Below are positions 48,999 to 57,756 of a stretch of DNA of 64,000 nucleotides, piece after piece. The notes under the pieces are model-generated. The model made no database searches. It was not told where the DNA came from and saw only the letters and a list, made by a program, of their open reading frames with translations. Every line of letters begins with the position of its first letter. The stretch's first letter is position 1. This stretch comes from Treponemataceae bacterium (GTDB taxonomy: Bacteria; Spirochaetota; Spirochaetia; Treponematales; Rectinemataceae): NCBI GenBank assembly GCA_963678065.2, contig CAXXVZ010000003.1, positions 736,001-800,000 of the forward strand, written 5' to 3'. The translations under genes and the position numbers were made by a program.

Positions 48999-49316
48999 AT
49001 GGACAGCCTTTCATCGCGGCCCGGAGCGGTCCGGGCCGCGAAACTTCTTCTCATTCTGGGTGAGCCTGCAGCGGTGCCTGTCATCGCCGCGCTGGGTGAC
49101 GGAATCGCCGAGCCTCTGGCGCGCGCTCTCTCGGGTATAGCTTCAGTAGGCCTCTCCGAGTCGGTCGGGATTCTCGCGGATTTTGTCGTGGCCTCATCGC
49201 CGGGACAGAAGTCCAACCGCGCTTTTCCGGGTGGGCCAAGGACCGCGGCCCGTCTCATGGCCGCCGCCTTCGGAGCCGAAAAGGCAGAATCGATCATGCA
49301 AAGAGCGCTCTCGTAA
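48999..49316 (+). CDS. Stand-alone FliG N-terminal-domain-like protein (possible flagellar relic)
   Basis: RAAKLLLILGE.AA.VIAAL...ILADF...GGPRTAARLMAAAFGAEKAESIM follows the FliG_N pattern; only 105 aa. Confidence 0.62.
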   Translation: MDSLSSRPGAVRAAKLLLILGEPAAVPVIAALGDGIAEPLARALSGIASVGLSESVGILADFVVASSPGQKSNRAFPGGPRTAARLMAAAFGAEKAESIMQRALS

Positions 49317-49323
49317 AGGTGTA

Positions 49324-49851
49324 TCAGCCCTTCACGTAAGTGATCGCGCCCTTTTCCGACTCCTCTTTGCGCGCGAGAATATAGAGAAAATCGGAAAGTC
49401 TGTTGACGAAGCTTCTGAGGCTTTGGGAGACAGTATCCCGGCGGGCGAGCGTCACGATCCTGCGCTCGGCCCTCCGCGCGACTGTGCGGGCAAGATCGAG
49501 GGCCGCCGATCCGGGTGTCATCCCGGGAACCACGAATCCCTTCAGTCCGAGTTCGCCCTCGAAATTGCGGATTTTTGACGAGAGTCTCTCCTCGTCGGCG
49601 CCGACGAGAGGCGAGGCGGGAATCCTGGACGGAGACGCGAGCTCGGCCGCGACCCTGTAGAGATCCTTCTGGATGGCGAGGATTTCCTCCAGAACAATAG
49701 CCGAACTGCATGCGTGCCGGGCCATGCCGAGGATGGAAGAGAGCTCGTCGATGGTTCCGTAGCATTCCACCCTGACATCGTCCTTGTCGATCCTCTCACC
49801 GGACCACAACCCTGTCGTCCCTTTGTCGCCGGTCTTCGTCACAATGCTCAT
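49324..49851 (-). CDS. pduO: Cob(I)alamin adenosyltransferase, PduO type
   Basis: IVTKTGDKGTTGL, YGTIDELSS, ARTVARRAER, NRLSDFLY. Confidence 0.93.
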   Translation of the reverse strand: MSIVTKTGDKGTTGLWSGERIDKDDVRVECYGTIDELSSILGMARHACSSAIVLEEILAIQKDLYRVAAELASPSRIPASPLVGADEERLSSKIRNFEGELGLKGFVVPGMTPGSAALDLARTVARRAERRIVTLARRDTVSQSLRSFVNRLSDFLYILARKEESEKGAITYVKG

Positions 49852-49982
49852 GGGATCAAGATAGCACTGATGCTCGCTCGTACAAAGTCTGCAAACAACA
49901 ACCTCGCAGCAAGCTCCGCGGTACGGGTCCCACAGACCGAAGGCTGCTTGCTTCAGGGGAACCTTCCTGTACAATAGAGGTC

Positions 49983-50894
49983 ATGAACCAGAAAAACGGA
50001 CAGCCCGCGGGCGGAGCGGAAGGCGCGGCCCCGGCTTCCGAAGGTATACGGGTGCGCCTCGCAGACTACGGCGAGTGTCCTTATCTACCCGGGCGCAGGT
50101 GGACAGTCCTCGAGTCCGGGGAAAACGCCCTGAGTCCCGCCGCATACGGAGCGGCTCTGCAATACGGATGGAGGCGGAGCGGCACCTATTTTTACAGGAC
50201 AGTCTGCCATGGATGCCGCATGTGCGTTCCCATCCGACTCGATGCGCTATCCTGGCATCCTTCCCCTTCCCAGAAACGCCTTCAGTCCCGCAATGCCGAT
50301 GTCGTGCTCAGCGTCCGCGACACGGACTTTTCCGAAGAGCGATTCGACCTTTATCTGCGCTACCTGGCGGCGCAGCACGGCCGATCTTCTTGCGACAGGG
50401 CCTACGAAATCATGGCGTATCAGGCGGGATACTGCGCGGGCTTTGTCTCTGCCCTGCGGAAGGACGGAATATATCCTGGCCCCGGGCAAGCCAGTGCGCC
50501 GGGCCCGGGCTCGGCCGTCACCGAATACCGACTGCGCGCTTCGGGTGATCTCGTCGCCACCGGATACATCGACATCCTCCCCGACGGGGTCTCCTCAGTC
50601 TATTTCGCCTTCGACCCCGGACTGCGCTCGCGGAGTCTCGGCACATGGTCGGTCGGAAGGGAGCTAGAGCTTGTGCGGGAATTGGGCAAGCGCTATTACT
50701 ACCTCGGCTTCTGGGTCCCTGGTTCGCCGAAAATGGACTACAAGGCAAAATTCAGACCCTTCGAGATGGCTCCCGACGGGGAGTGGACAGCTGTCGCGGA
50801 CAGGGAGACGGCCCTCGCCGCCCTGCGCGACCGGCCCGGATTTCCGGAAGGGGTCGCTCGGAATGAGCTTTACAGGAATGAGACGCGACGTTGA
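49983..50894 (+). CDS. Aminoacyl-tRNA-protein transferase, ATE1/Bpt family
   Basis: CPYLP, GWRRSG, C..C..CVPIR, SSVYFAFDP, SLGT, YYYLGFWV..SPKMDYKAKFRP. Confidence 0.9.
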   Translation: MNQKNGQPAGGAEGAAPASEGIRVRLADYGECPYLPGRRWTVLESGENALSPAAYGAALQYGWRRSGTYFYRTVCHGCRMCVPIRLDALSWHPSPSQKRLQSRNADVVLSVRDTDFSEERFDLYLRYLAAQHGRSSCDRAYEIMAYQAGYCAGFVSALRKDGIYPGPGQASAPGPGSAVTEYRLRASGDLVATGYIDILPDGVSSVYFAFDPGLRSRSLGTWSVGRELELVRELGKRYYYLGFWVPGSPKMDYKAKFRPFEMAPDGEWTAVADRETALAALRDRPGFPEGVARNELYRNETRR

Positions 50895-50920
50895 CAGTAC
50901 TCAGACCGACGTGGTACTGT
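50891..50920 (+). promoter_or_regulatory. sigma70 promoter overlapped by inverted repeat
   Basis: TTGACA-18 bp-(TG)TACTGT; ACAGTAC...GTACTGT inverted pair. Confidence 0.55.
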
Positions 50921-50944
50921 GGCTCACTTTTACGGAAGGAAATC

Positions 50945-52528
50945 ATGGCAGCCCAGACAAACAAACCGCAAAACGGCGCTTCCTCCAAGCCCGACTCCGT
51001 CTTCAAATCCCGCTCGATGAAGAATCCCTTTCTGTTCGCGGGAACTCTCATCATCCTCGTCATCACGATCATCGCCTTCGTCTTCATTCCGGCGACGGGC
51101 TCTTCGAGCGGCGGCCGTTCCCAGGGCGCCCTCACCTTCGGCAGCTACAACGGAAAGCCGATAAGCTATGAGCCGGGCGGATACTTCGCCAGTCAGATCC
51201 AGAAGATCAACGACTACCTCCGCCAGCAGGGCCTGAATGATGCCAATTTCCAGCAATACGCCTTCCAGGTCTGGCGCTCCGCCTTCGAGAGCACGGTTCT
51301 CCGCACCGCCCTCATCGACGAAGTGAAAACGGCGGGATTCCGCGTTTCCCAGACTACCCTCGACGCCAAAGTCGCTGAAAACGACATCTTCAAGATCGAC
51401 GGTAAATTCTCGGCCCAAGCCTACCGCGACACAGCTCTGTCGCGCAAACTCGAGATCCGGAAGAGCGCCGAGGAAGACCTGTATATCCAGCGATACTACA
51501 CCGATGTGTACACCATGACCCCGGGCACAAAGGAGACCGACTTCATCTCCGCCATGGCCAAGGACAGAAGGACCATAAGCTACGCGGCCTTCTCTCTCGC
51601 GTCATACCCCGATTCCGAGCTCCTCGCCTGGGCCAAGAACAACAGCGGCTTCTTCCGCAAGGTCAAAATTTCCAGGATAACGCTCACCTCCTCCGAATCT
51701 GACGCCAAGAAAGTGCTCAAGCAGGTCCAGGACAAAGCCCTCACGTTCGAGGAAGCGGCCAAGAGTCACTCCAAAGACCCCTACGCCGACAAGGGCGGCG
51801 ATTCGGGCGCCCTCTTCTTCCACGACTTTGCTGATGGCTTTGCCAAGAAAGAGGACGCCGAGGCCGTAGCCGCGCTCAAGAAAGGCGATATCTCGGCTGT
51901 CTACAAGGTTTCCGACAAAGCCTGGGCTTTCTTCAAGGTGAACGAGGATATCGTCGCGACCAATCTTTCCGACCCGGCTACTCTCGCCGAGGCCCGCTCC
52001 TACATGAGTTCCAAGGAACGCGGCCTCATGGAAACCTGGGCGCTCGGAAAAGCGAAGGAGTTTGTCGCCACCGTGACGGGAGGCAATTTCGCCGCAGCCT
52101 CCAAAAAGGCCGGACTCAAAGTCAAATCGGCGGGTCCCTTCCCCATCAATTACAAGGCCCCGTCCTTCGTGGCCTACGGACAGCGCATTCCTCTCTTCGA
52201 CCAGATCAACGCCACTACTGCGGAAGAACTCGCCCCAGCGGCCAACAGCGAGAAGTTCTTCTCCGTGGTGTTCGGGCTCCCCAAAGGCGCCGTTTCCGAA
52301 CCTTTCGTCCTCGAGGACAACGTCATCGTCATGACCGTGACCGACGACACTCCGGCCAAGGACGAGGAAGTCGCGGTCGTCAAGTTCGCTTATCCCTATT
52401 TCAGTCAGGGTGCCATCGACAGCGACGTGCGGACACGTTTCCTCAAGAGTTCCAAATTCAAGGACAACTTTTCCACGGTCTTCTTCCAGTATTTCAAACC
52501 GGCCGCAAACGCCAAGACCTCGTCCTGA
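50945..52528 (+). CDS. SurA/PpiD-like membrane-anchored peptidyl-prolyl isomerase/chaperone
   Basis: N-terminal TM, FGSYNGKPI, parvulin-like FEEAAKSHSKD...KGGDSG. Confidence 0.82.
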   Translation: MAAQTNKPQNGASSKPDSVFKSRSMKNPFLFAGTLIILVITIIAFVFIPATGSSSGGRSQGALTFGSYNGKPISYEPGGYFASQIQKINDYLRQQGLNDANFQQYAFQVWRSAFESTVLRTALIDEVKTAGFRVSQTTLDAKVAENDIFKIDGKFSAQAYRDTALSRKLEIRKSAEEDLYIQRYYTDVYTMTPGTKETDFISAMAKDRRTISYAAFSLASYPDSELLAWAKNNSGFFRKVKISRITLTSSESDAKKVLKQVQDKALTFEEAAKSHSKDPYADKGGDSGALFFHDFADGFAKKEDAEAVAALKKGDISAVYKVSDKAWAFFKVNEDIVATNLSDPATLAEARSYMSSKERGLMETWALGKAKEFVATVTGGNFAAASKKAGLKVKSAGPFPINYKAPSFVAYGQRIPLFDQINATTAEELAPAANSEKFFSVVFGLPKGAVSEPFVLEDNVIVMTVTDDTPAKDEEVAVVKFAYPYFSQGAIDSDVRTRFLKSSKFKDNFSTVFFQYFKPAANAKTSS

Positions 52529-52564
52529 GACCTGGACACCGGCAGACATCCCTCAAGGGGAGCT

Positions 52565-52604
52565 CAAAAAGAAAGACCGCCTTCCGGGGCGGTCTTTCTT
52601 TTTG
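52565..52604. terminator. Bidirectional intrinsic terminator
   Basis: CAAAAAGAAAGACCGCC/GGCGGTCTTTCTTTTTG between convergent genes. Confidence 0.88.
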
Positions 52605-52628
52605 CTGCCAGTTCTTCTTTGGCAGACT

Positions 52629-54449
52629 TCACTTGCTTCCGGACTCGTCCTCTCCCGAGCGAAGGACGGCGAGGAAGGCATCCTGGGAGAGCTCGACATT
52701 GCCGACCATCTTCATGCGCTTCTTTCCTTCCTTCTGCTTCTCGAGGAGCTTGCGCTTGCGGCTTATATCGCCGCCATAGCACTTGGCGAGGACGTCCTTG
52801 CGGACCGGGTTCACGGTCTCGCGCGCGATGACCATGCTGCCGATCGCGCCCTGGATGGCGATCTTGAACTGCTGGCGCGAGATCGTCCCCTGCAGCCTCT
52901 CGCAGACCTTTCGGGCCCTCTCGTAGGCCGTAGGCCTGTATACCATCATGGACAGTGCATCGACGATCTCGCCGTTGACCATGAAGTCGAGTTTGGCGAG
53001 ATCGGTGGGCTTGTATCCGACGACCTCATAGTCGAAGCTCGCGTAGCCGCGGCTCGTCGACTTGAGCTTGTCGTAGAAGTCGAAAAGAACCTCCGCAAGA
53101 GGCATCTCGAAGACGAGCTCGACGCGCTTCTCGTCGAGGTGGGTGAAGGACTGCTGGACGCCCCGCTTGCCGATGCACAGGGTGATGAGGTTGCCGATGT
53201 AGGCGACGGGCGTGATGACCTGGGCCTTGATGTACGGTTCGTCTGCGGAGTCGATGCGCGAGGGATCGGGGTACTCTGAAGGATTGTCGATGAAGACAGT
53301 ATCGCCGTTCATGAGCTTGAGCTTGTAGCGGACGCTCGGCGCCGTCATGATGATGGACTGGTTGTGCTCGCGCTCGAGTCTCTCCTGGACGATTTCCAGG
53401 TGCAGAAGGCCGAGGAAGCCGCAGCGGAAGCCGAATCCGAGGGCGAGGGAACTGTCCTTCTCGTAGATGAGGGAGGCATCGTTCAGCTTGAGCTTCTCGA
53501 TGCTCACCTTGAGTTCGTCATAATCGGCCGAGTCCATCGGGTAGATGGAGCTGAAAACGACCGGCTTCACTTCCTTGAAACCAGGCAATGGCGCCTCGCA
53601 AGGATTCGCGTCGTCGGTGATCGTGTCGCCGACCCTGACGTCGGAGATGTTTTTGATGCCCGCGACGATGTAGCCGACTTCTCCGGCCGAAAGCGCGTCG
53701 CACTTGACGAGCTGCATCTTGAAGAGCCCCGTCTCCTCGACCTCGTAGGCGGCCTTGCACCACATGAAGCGTATTTTCTGCCCGGGCGTAATTTTGCCCT
53801 TCATGACGCGGACATGGGCGATGACGCCGCGGTAGGGGTCGTAGTGCGAGTCGAAGATGATGGCCTGGGTCGGCTCGTCGGCCCTCCCGGTCGGATGGGG
53901 TATGCGCTCCACGATGGCCTCGAGGAGCTCGTCGATTCCGATGCCCATCTTGCCCGATACGGCCAGGGCCGAATCGCCGTCGAGCCCCAGCTCTTTGTCG
54001 ATCTGACGCCTGGTCTCGGGTATGTCGGCGGCAGGCATGTCGATCTTGTTGATGACGGGGATGATCTCCAGGTCGTGCTCGAGGGCCATGTACATGTTGG
54101 ACAGGGTCTGGGCCTCGACGCCTTGCGTCGCGTCGACGACGAGGACCGCGCCCTCACAGGAAGAGATGGCGCGGGAGACTTCGTAGGAAAAGTCGACGTG
54201 GCCGGGCGTGTCGACGAGGTTGAGGGTGTAGGTCCTGCCGTCGCGGGCCGTGTAGGGAAGGCTCACGGCCTGGCTTTTGATGGTGATTCCGCGCTCGCGC
54301 TCGATATCCATGTTGTCGAGCATCTGGTTCTGGAGCTTGCGCTCGTCGATGATCCTCGCCTTCTCGATGAAGCGGTCGGCAAGCGTCGATTTTCCGTGAT
54401 CGATGTGGGCGATGATACAGAAATTCCTGATGAGCTCGGGTTCGTGCAT
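52629..54449 (-). CDS. lepA: Elongation factor 4
   Basis: IRNFCIIAHIDHGKSTLADR, ERERGITIK, KCYGGDISRKRKLLEKQKEGKKRMK. Confidence 0.98.
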   Translation of the reverse strand: MHEPELIRNFCIIAHIDHGKSTLADRFIEKARIIDERKLQNQMLDNMDIERERGITIKSQAVSLPYTARDGRTYTLNLVDTPGHVDFSYEVSRAISSCEGAVLVVDATQGVEAQTLSNMYMALEHDLEIIPVINKIDMPAADIPETRRQIDKELGLDGDSALAVSGKMGIGIDELLEAIVERIPHPTGRADEPTQAIIFDSHYDPYRGVIAHVRVMKGKITPGQKIRFMWCKAAYEVEETGLFKMQLVKCDALSAGEVGYIVAGIKNISDVRVGDTITDDANPCEAPLPGFKEVKPVVFSSIYPMDSADYDELKVSIEKLKLNDASLIYEKDSSLALGFGFRCGFLGLLHLEIVQERLEREHNQSIIMTAPSVRYKLKLMNGDTVFIDNPSEYPDPSRIDSADEPYIKAQVITPVAYIGNLITLCIGKRGVQQSFTHLDEKRVELVFEMPLAEVLFDFYDKLKSTSRGYASFDYEVVGYKPTDLAKLDFMVNGEIVDALSMMVYRPTAYERARKVCERLQGTISRQQFKIAIQGAIGSMVIARETVNPVRKDVLAKCYGGDISRKRKLLEKQKEGKKRMKMVGNVELSQDAFLAVLRSGEDESGSK

Positions 54450-54497
54450 GGCGTTCATGCTAGCGGAAAAGTGCGGTTTGCGCAATAATCGCTTTCC

Positions 54498-55781
54498 ATG
54501 ACTGCTTTTTCGCTCTTGCCCCGCAACGCCCGCATCTGTGTCCTCATCGAGCCCCTCTGGGCGATGTTCGGCCCTCTCGTGCTTTACTACGCCCCCCTCT
54601 ACCAAGAGGCGAGGGGCCTCGACGCCGTGCAGATGGGAATCGTCAACTCGGCGGGAATCGCGGCCGGATTCGTGTTTTTCCTCCTGGCCTCTCCCATCAC
54701 CGACAGACTCGGACGCCGCTGGACGAGCCTCATTTTCGACATCCTGTCCTGGACTGTCGCCATGCTGGTCTGGGCCTTCGCGCGGAGCTTCGTCTGGTTT
54801 CTCGTCGCGGCGGTCCTGAATGCCCTCGTCAGGATCGTCATCGTATCCTGGAATATGCTCATCACGGAGGACGCGCAGGCTGGCCAGCGTTCGACCATCC
54901 ACGGGTGGATGTATCTCATCGGATCGACTGGAGGCATCGTCACCTTCGTCGGGGGGCTCTTCGTCGCTTCGAAGGGCGTTCTTTCGGCCTTGCCGGTGAT
55001 CTATGTACTCGGCTCTGTCTCCATGACGACGATGTTCCTCATCCGCCACTTTACGACGCTGGAAACGAAGGCGGGACGCATCCTCATGGAAAAGAAAAAG
55101 GGGAAACCCTTCCTGCCGGAGCTCTTCGCGCAGTTCTCCCTTGCCCGCCGGGCCCTCGCCGACAGGCGTTTTCTCGCGAGCCTCTGTGTTTTCGCCATCG
55201 CGAACGTCATCTACACCATGGATTTTTACCGCGTCCTTTTTCTGGGAGAGGTCAAGAGAATAGCCCCCGTCGTCGTCGCCCTTATCCCTGCGGTCGGAGC
55301 GCTCTTGAGCCTCGCGGTGTTCTTCCTCCTCATTCCGAAGCTCGAAGCCCGATCCCCCTCCGGCAACCAGTACGGGAAGGACGCGCGCATACTCTCCTTC
55401 GCGTCCCTGTTCTGCGCGGCCTGTCAGGCTGCCGTCATTTTCCTGCCGGAGAGCTCTGCCCTCCCCGCCATTCTCGCCGTCGGCATGATCCAGTCGGGCT
55501 ACATCGTCCTCCAGACCTTCCGGGACGCCGTCTTCATGAACGGGACAGGGGAACTGGACAGGGGCAGCCTCTACAGCCTCGTGCAGGCCCTCACCTTCCT
55601 CGTCTCGATACCCGCCGGCTGGCTCGGAGGATGGCTGTACTCGAAAGACCCGGTATTCCCCTTCATCGTCTCCCTCGTCCTCTACCTGTGCTGCTTCGCG
55701 GTCGCAAGAGCGATGGAGACCATGGCAGGAGAAGAGGAGGAGGCCCGGACAAAAAGTTCGGCAGGAAGCGCGACTTCATGA
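54498..55781 (+). CDS. MFS transporter
   Basis: ~12 TM, motif A-like PITDRLGRR. Confidence 0.88.
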   Translation: MTAFSLLPRNARICVLIEPLWAMFGPLVLYYAPLYQEARGLDAVQMGIVNSAGIAAGFVFFLLASPITDRLGRRWTSLIFDILSWTVAMLVWAFARSFVWFLVAAVLNALVRIVIVSWNMLITEDAQAGQRSTIHGWMYLIGSTGGIVTFVGGLFVASKGVLSALPVIYVLGSVSMTTMFLIRHFTTLETKAGRILMEKKKGKPFLPELFAQFSLARRALADRRFLASLCVFAIANVIYTMDFYRVLFLGEVKRIAPVVVALIPAVGALLSLAVFFLLIPKLEARSPSGNQYGKDARILSFASLFCAACQAAVIFLPESSALPAILAVGMIQSGYIVLQTFRDAVFMNGTGELDRGSLYSLVQALTFLVSIPAGWLGGWLYSKDPVFPFIVSLVLYLCCFAVARAMETMAGEEEEARTKSSAGSATS

Positions 55782-55889
55782 TGCCGAAACAGCTCCGCTC
55801 CGGGACTCGTGTGGAAGTTCGACATGGATTCCTATACTTCCGCAATCCCGGCGTTGTATACTGAAAAGAACAGAGAACAATGAGGAGGC

Positions 55890-56192
55890 ATGATGCTCGA
55901 CACCCTGAAATACACTGAAGTGGATGGTCCGCGCCACGACCACGATATCACCGTCTACGCGCTTTCAACCTGTGGCTTCTGCAAACGCTGTATCGCATGG
56001 CTGGGAAACAAGGGTTTCGCCTATCGCTACATCCATGTCGACCAAATTCCCCTCGAAGTGAAGACCGAAGTAAAGAGGATTCTCAAGGAACGGTTCAAGG
56101 AAGATGTGGCCTTCCCCTTCGCCATCATCGATTCCGACAAACACCTCGTCGGCTTCATCGAGCCGGACTGGGCCAAGACTCTCGGACTCTGA
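55890..56192 (+). CDS. Glutaredoxin/NrdH-like redoxin
   Basis: VYALSTCGFCKR, AFP, VGF; AGGAGG RBS. Confidence 0.88.
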   Translation: MMLDTLKYTEVDGPRHDHDITVYALSTCGFCKRCIAWLGNKGFAYRYIHVDQIPLEVKTEVKRILKERFKEDVAFPFAIIDSDKHLVGFIEPDWAKTLGL

Positions 56193-56205
56193 AGAGGGCC
56201 ACACG

Positions 56206-56535
56206 ATGACTCCAAAGACAGAGGAACAGACCGCCACCTTCGCCTCCATGGTCGCAGCGAAACAGGGCTGGGTCCTCAATCCCGATACAGAGTTCACGGA
56301 GAGCCTCATCGCGGGACTCACCGTCAACTGGAACAGGTACGGCTACTATCTCTGTCCCTGCAGGGATTCGGAAGGCTCCCGCGAGGCCGACGCCTCCGTG
56401 ATCTGTCCCTGTTCCGTGAGCCACGCCGATGTCGACGAGTTCGGCCACTGCTTCTGCGCCCTCTACCTCTCGAGAGATTTCGCCGCCTCCGGCGCTGCTC
56501 CCCGCGGTATCAAAGATCGCCGTTTCGGTTCCTGA
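56206..56535 (+). CDS. Ferredoxin:thioredoxin reductase catalytic subunit-like
   Basis: LNPD...GL..N..RYGYYLCPCR...ICPC...GHCFCALY (CPC/CPC/CxC). Confidence 0.9.
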   Translation: MTPKTEEQTATFASMVAAKQGWVLNPDTEFTESLIAGLTVNWNRYGYYLCPCRDSEGSREADASVICPCSVSHADVDEFGHCFCALYLSRDFAASGAAPRGIKDRRFGS

Positions 56536-56536
56536 C

Positions 56537-57742
56537 ATGCTCTTCCACGCGTGCTACCTCGATTGGGCCGCCACAAGCCCTCCAGACGGAGACTGTCTCT
56601 CCGAGGGTTTGCGGGCTGCTCTCGAATTTTACGCGAATCCCTCCAGCCTGCACCGCCAAGGCGCGGAGGCCCGCTCCTGTCTCGAAGGGGCGCGGGCCCG
56701 GATCGCCACGACTCTGAGTTCCGGCAAAGGGCAGATCGCCTTCACCGGCTCGGGCTCGGAGGCCGATTCCATCCCCCTTCTCGCCCTCCTCAGGCAGGTT
56801 TCCAAGCGCGGAAAGCCTGGATCGCTCTCGACCGGCGAGCCGCTTCACATCGTCACTACGGCCATCGAGCACGCAGCGATCCACGCGCAGGCTGCCGTCC
56901 TGGAAGCCGCCGGCTTTTCGGTCAGCTATCTGAGACCCGGCCCCGACGGCCGTGTGAGCCCCGAAGCGGTGACCGAGGCGCTCAGGCCCGAGACCGCCCT
57001 CGTCAGCGTCATGGCCGTCAACAACGAGACCGGGGCGATCCAGCCGCTCGCCGGAATTGCGGCGGCGGTCAGGAAGGCTTCGGAGCGGGTGGGAAAACGC
57101 ATGCCAGTCATCCACTCCGACGCCGTGCAGGCGTTCGGAAAGATCGACTTCAGGCCGGAGGAGATCGGTCTCGACTGCGCCTCGGTCTCGGCCCACAAGA
57201 TTCGGGGCCCTCGCGGAGTCGGCGCTCTCTGGTACGCCAAAGCATTCGACTCATTCGTGGTGGGAGGGGGACAGGAGCAGGGCATGCGGCCAGGCACCGA
57301 GAATCTCCAGGGTATCGTCGCCTTCGCCTGCGCGGCTGAAAAGGCCTTCGACCTGCTTCCTGACCTGCAGTCCCACGCGCGGGTTCTGGAATCCAGGCTA
57401 TTCGAAGGCCTTGCCGCCATCCGGGGAGCGACTGTCCTGCCCCTCGGCCGGAGAGCGGGTGACCCGAACTATTCTCCCTTCATCCTGAGCGTCGCCTTTC
57501 CCGGAATCTCTGGCGAGGTCATCCAGCGCGTTCTCTCGGACAAGGGGATAGCCGTTTCGACGGGTTCGGCCTGCTCCTCGCGCGCCCGGACAAAGACCCG
57601 CCGTATCCTGGATGCGATGGGCATCCCTGAAGACCTGGCCATGTCCGCCATACGCATATCCACGGGCGGACTCAGCACGGACTCGGAGATCGATCGTTTT
57701 CTCGAGAACGCGGAAATTCTCTACAGGACATTACGAACCTAG
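56537..57742 (+). CDS. Cysteine desulfurase (group I, IscS/NifZ-like)
   Basis: YLDWAATS, ANPSSLH, NNETG, HSDAVQ, SAHK, RPGTEN, STGSACSS. Confidence 0.93.
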   Translation: MLFHACYLDWAATSPPDGDCLSEGLRAALEFYANPSSLHRQGAEARSCLEGARARIATTLSSGKGQIAFTGSGSEADSIPLLALLRQVSKRGKPGSLSTGEPLHIVTTAIEHAAIHAQAAVLEAAGFSVSYLRPGPDGRVSPEAVTEALRPETALVSVMAVNNETGAIQPLAGIAAAVRKASERVGKRMPVIHSDAVQAFGKIDFRPEEIGLDCASVSAHKIRGPRGVGALWYAKAFDSFVVGGGQEQGMRPGTENLQGIVAFACAAEKAFDLLPDLQSHARVLESRLFEGLAAIRGATVLPLGRRAGDPNYSPFILSVAFPGISGEVIQRVLSDKGIAVSTGSACSSRARTKTRRILDAMGIPEDLAMSAIRISTGGLSTDSEIDRFLENAEILYRTLRT

Positions 57743-57756
57743 GCGGTAGCACAGAA

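Noticed and set aside
52629..55049. 806-aa LepA with N-terminal extension (also extended HU, thiP, pheA, tyrA, srkA, thiN ORFs)
   Set aside because: The extensions overlap neighbouring genes; conserved N termini and RBS/overlap positions indicate later starts.
55890..56535. Selenocysteine read-through in the redoxin or FTR
   Set aside because: All expected Cys motifs are ordinary Cys codons and the TGA stops fall at normal protein ends.
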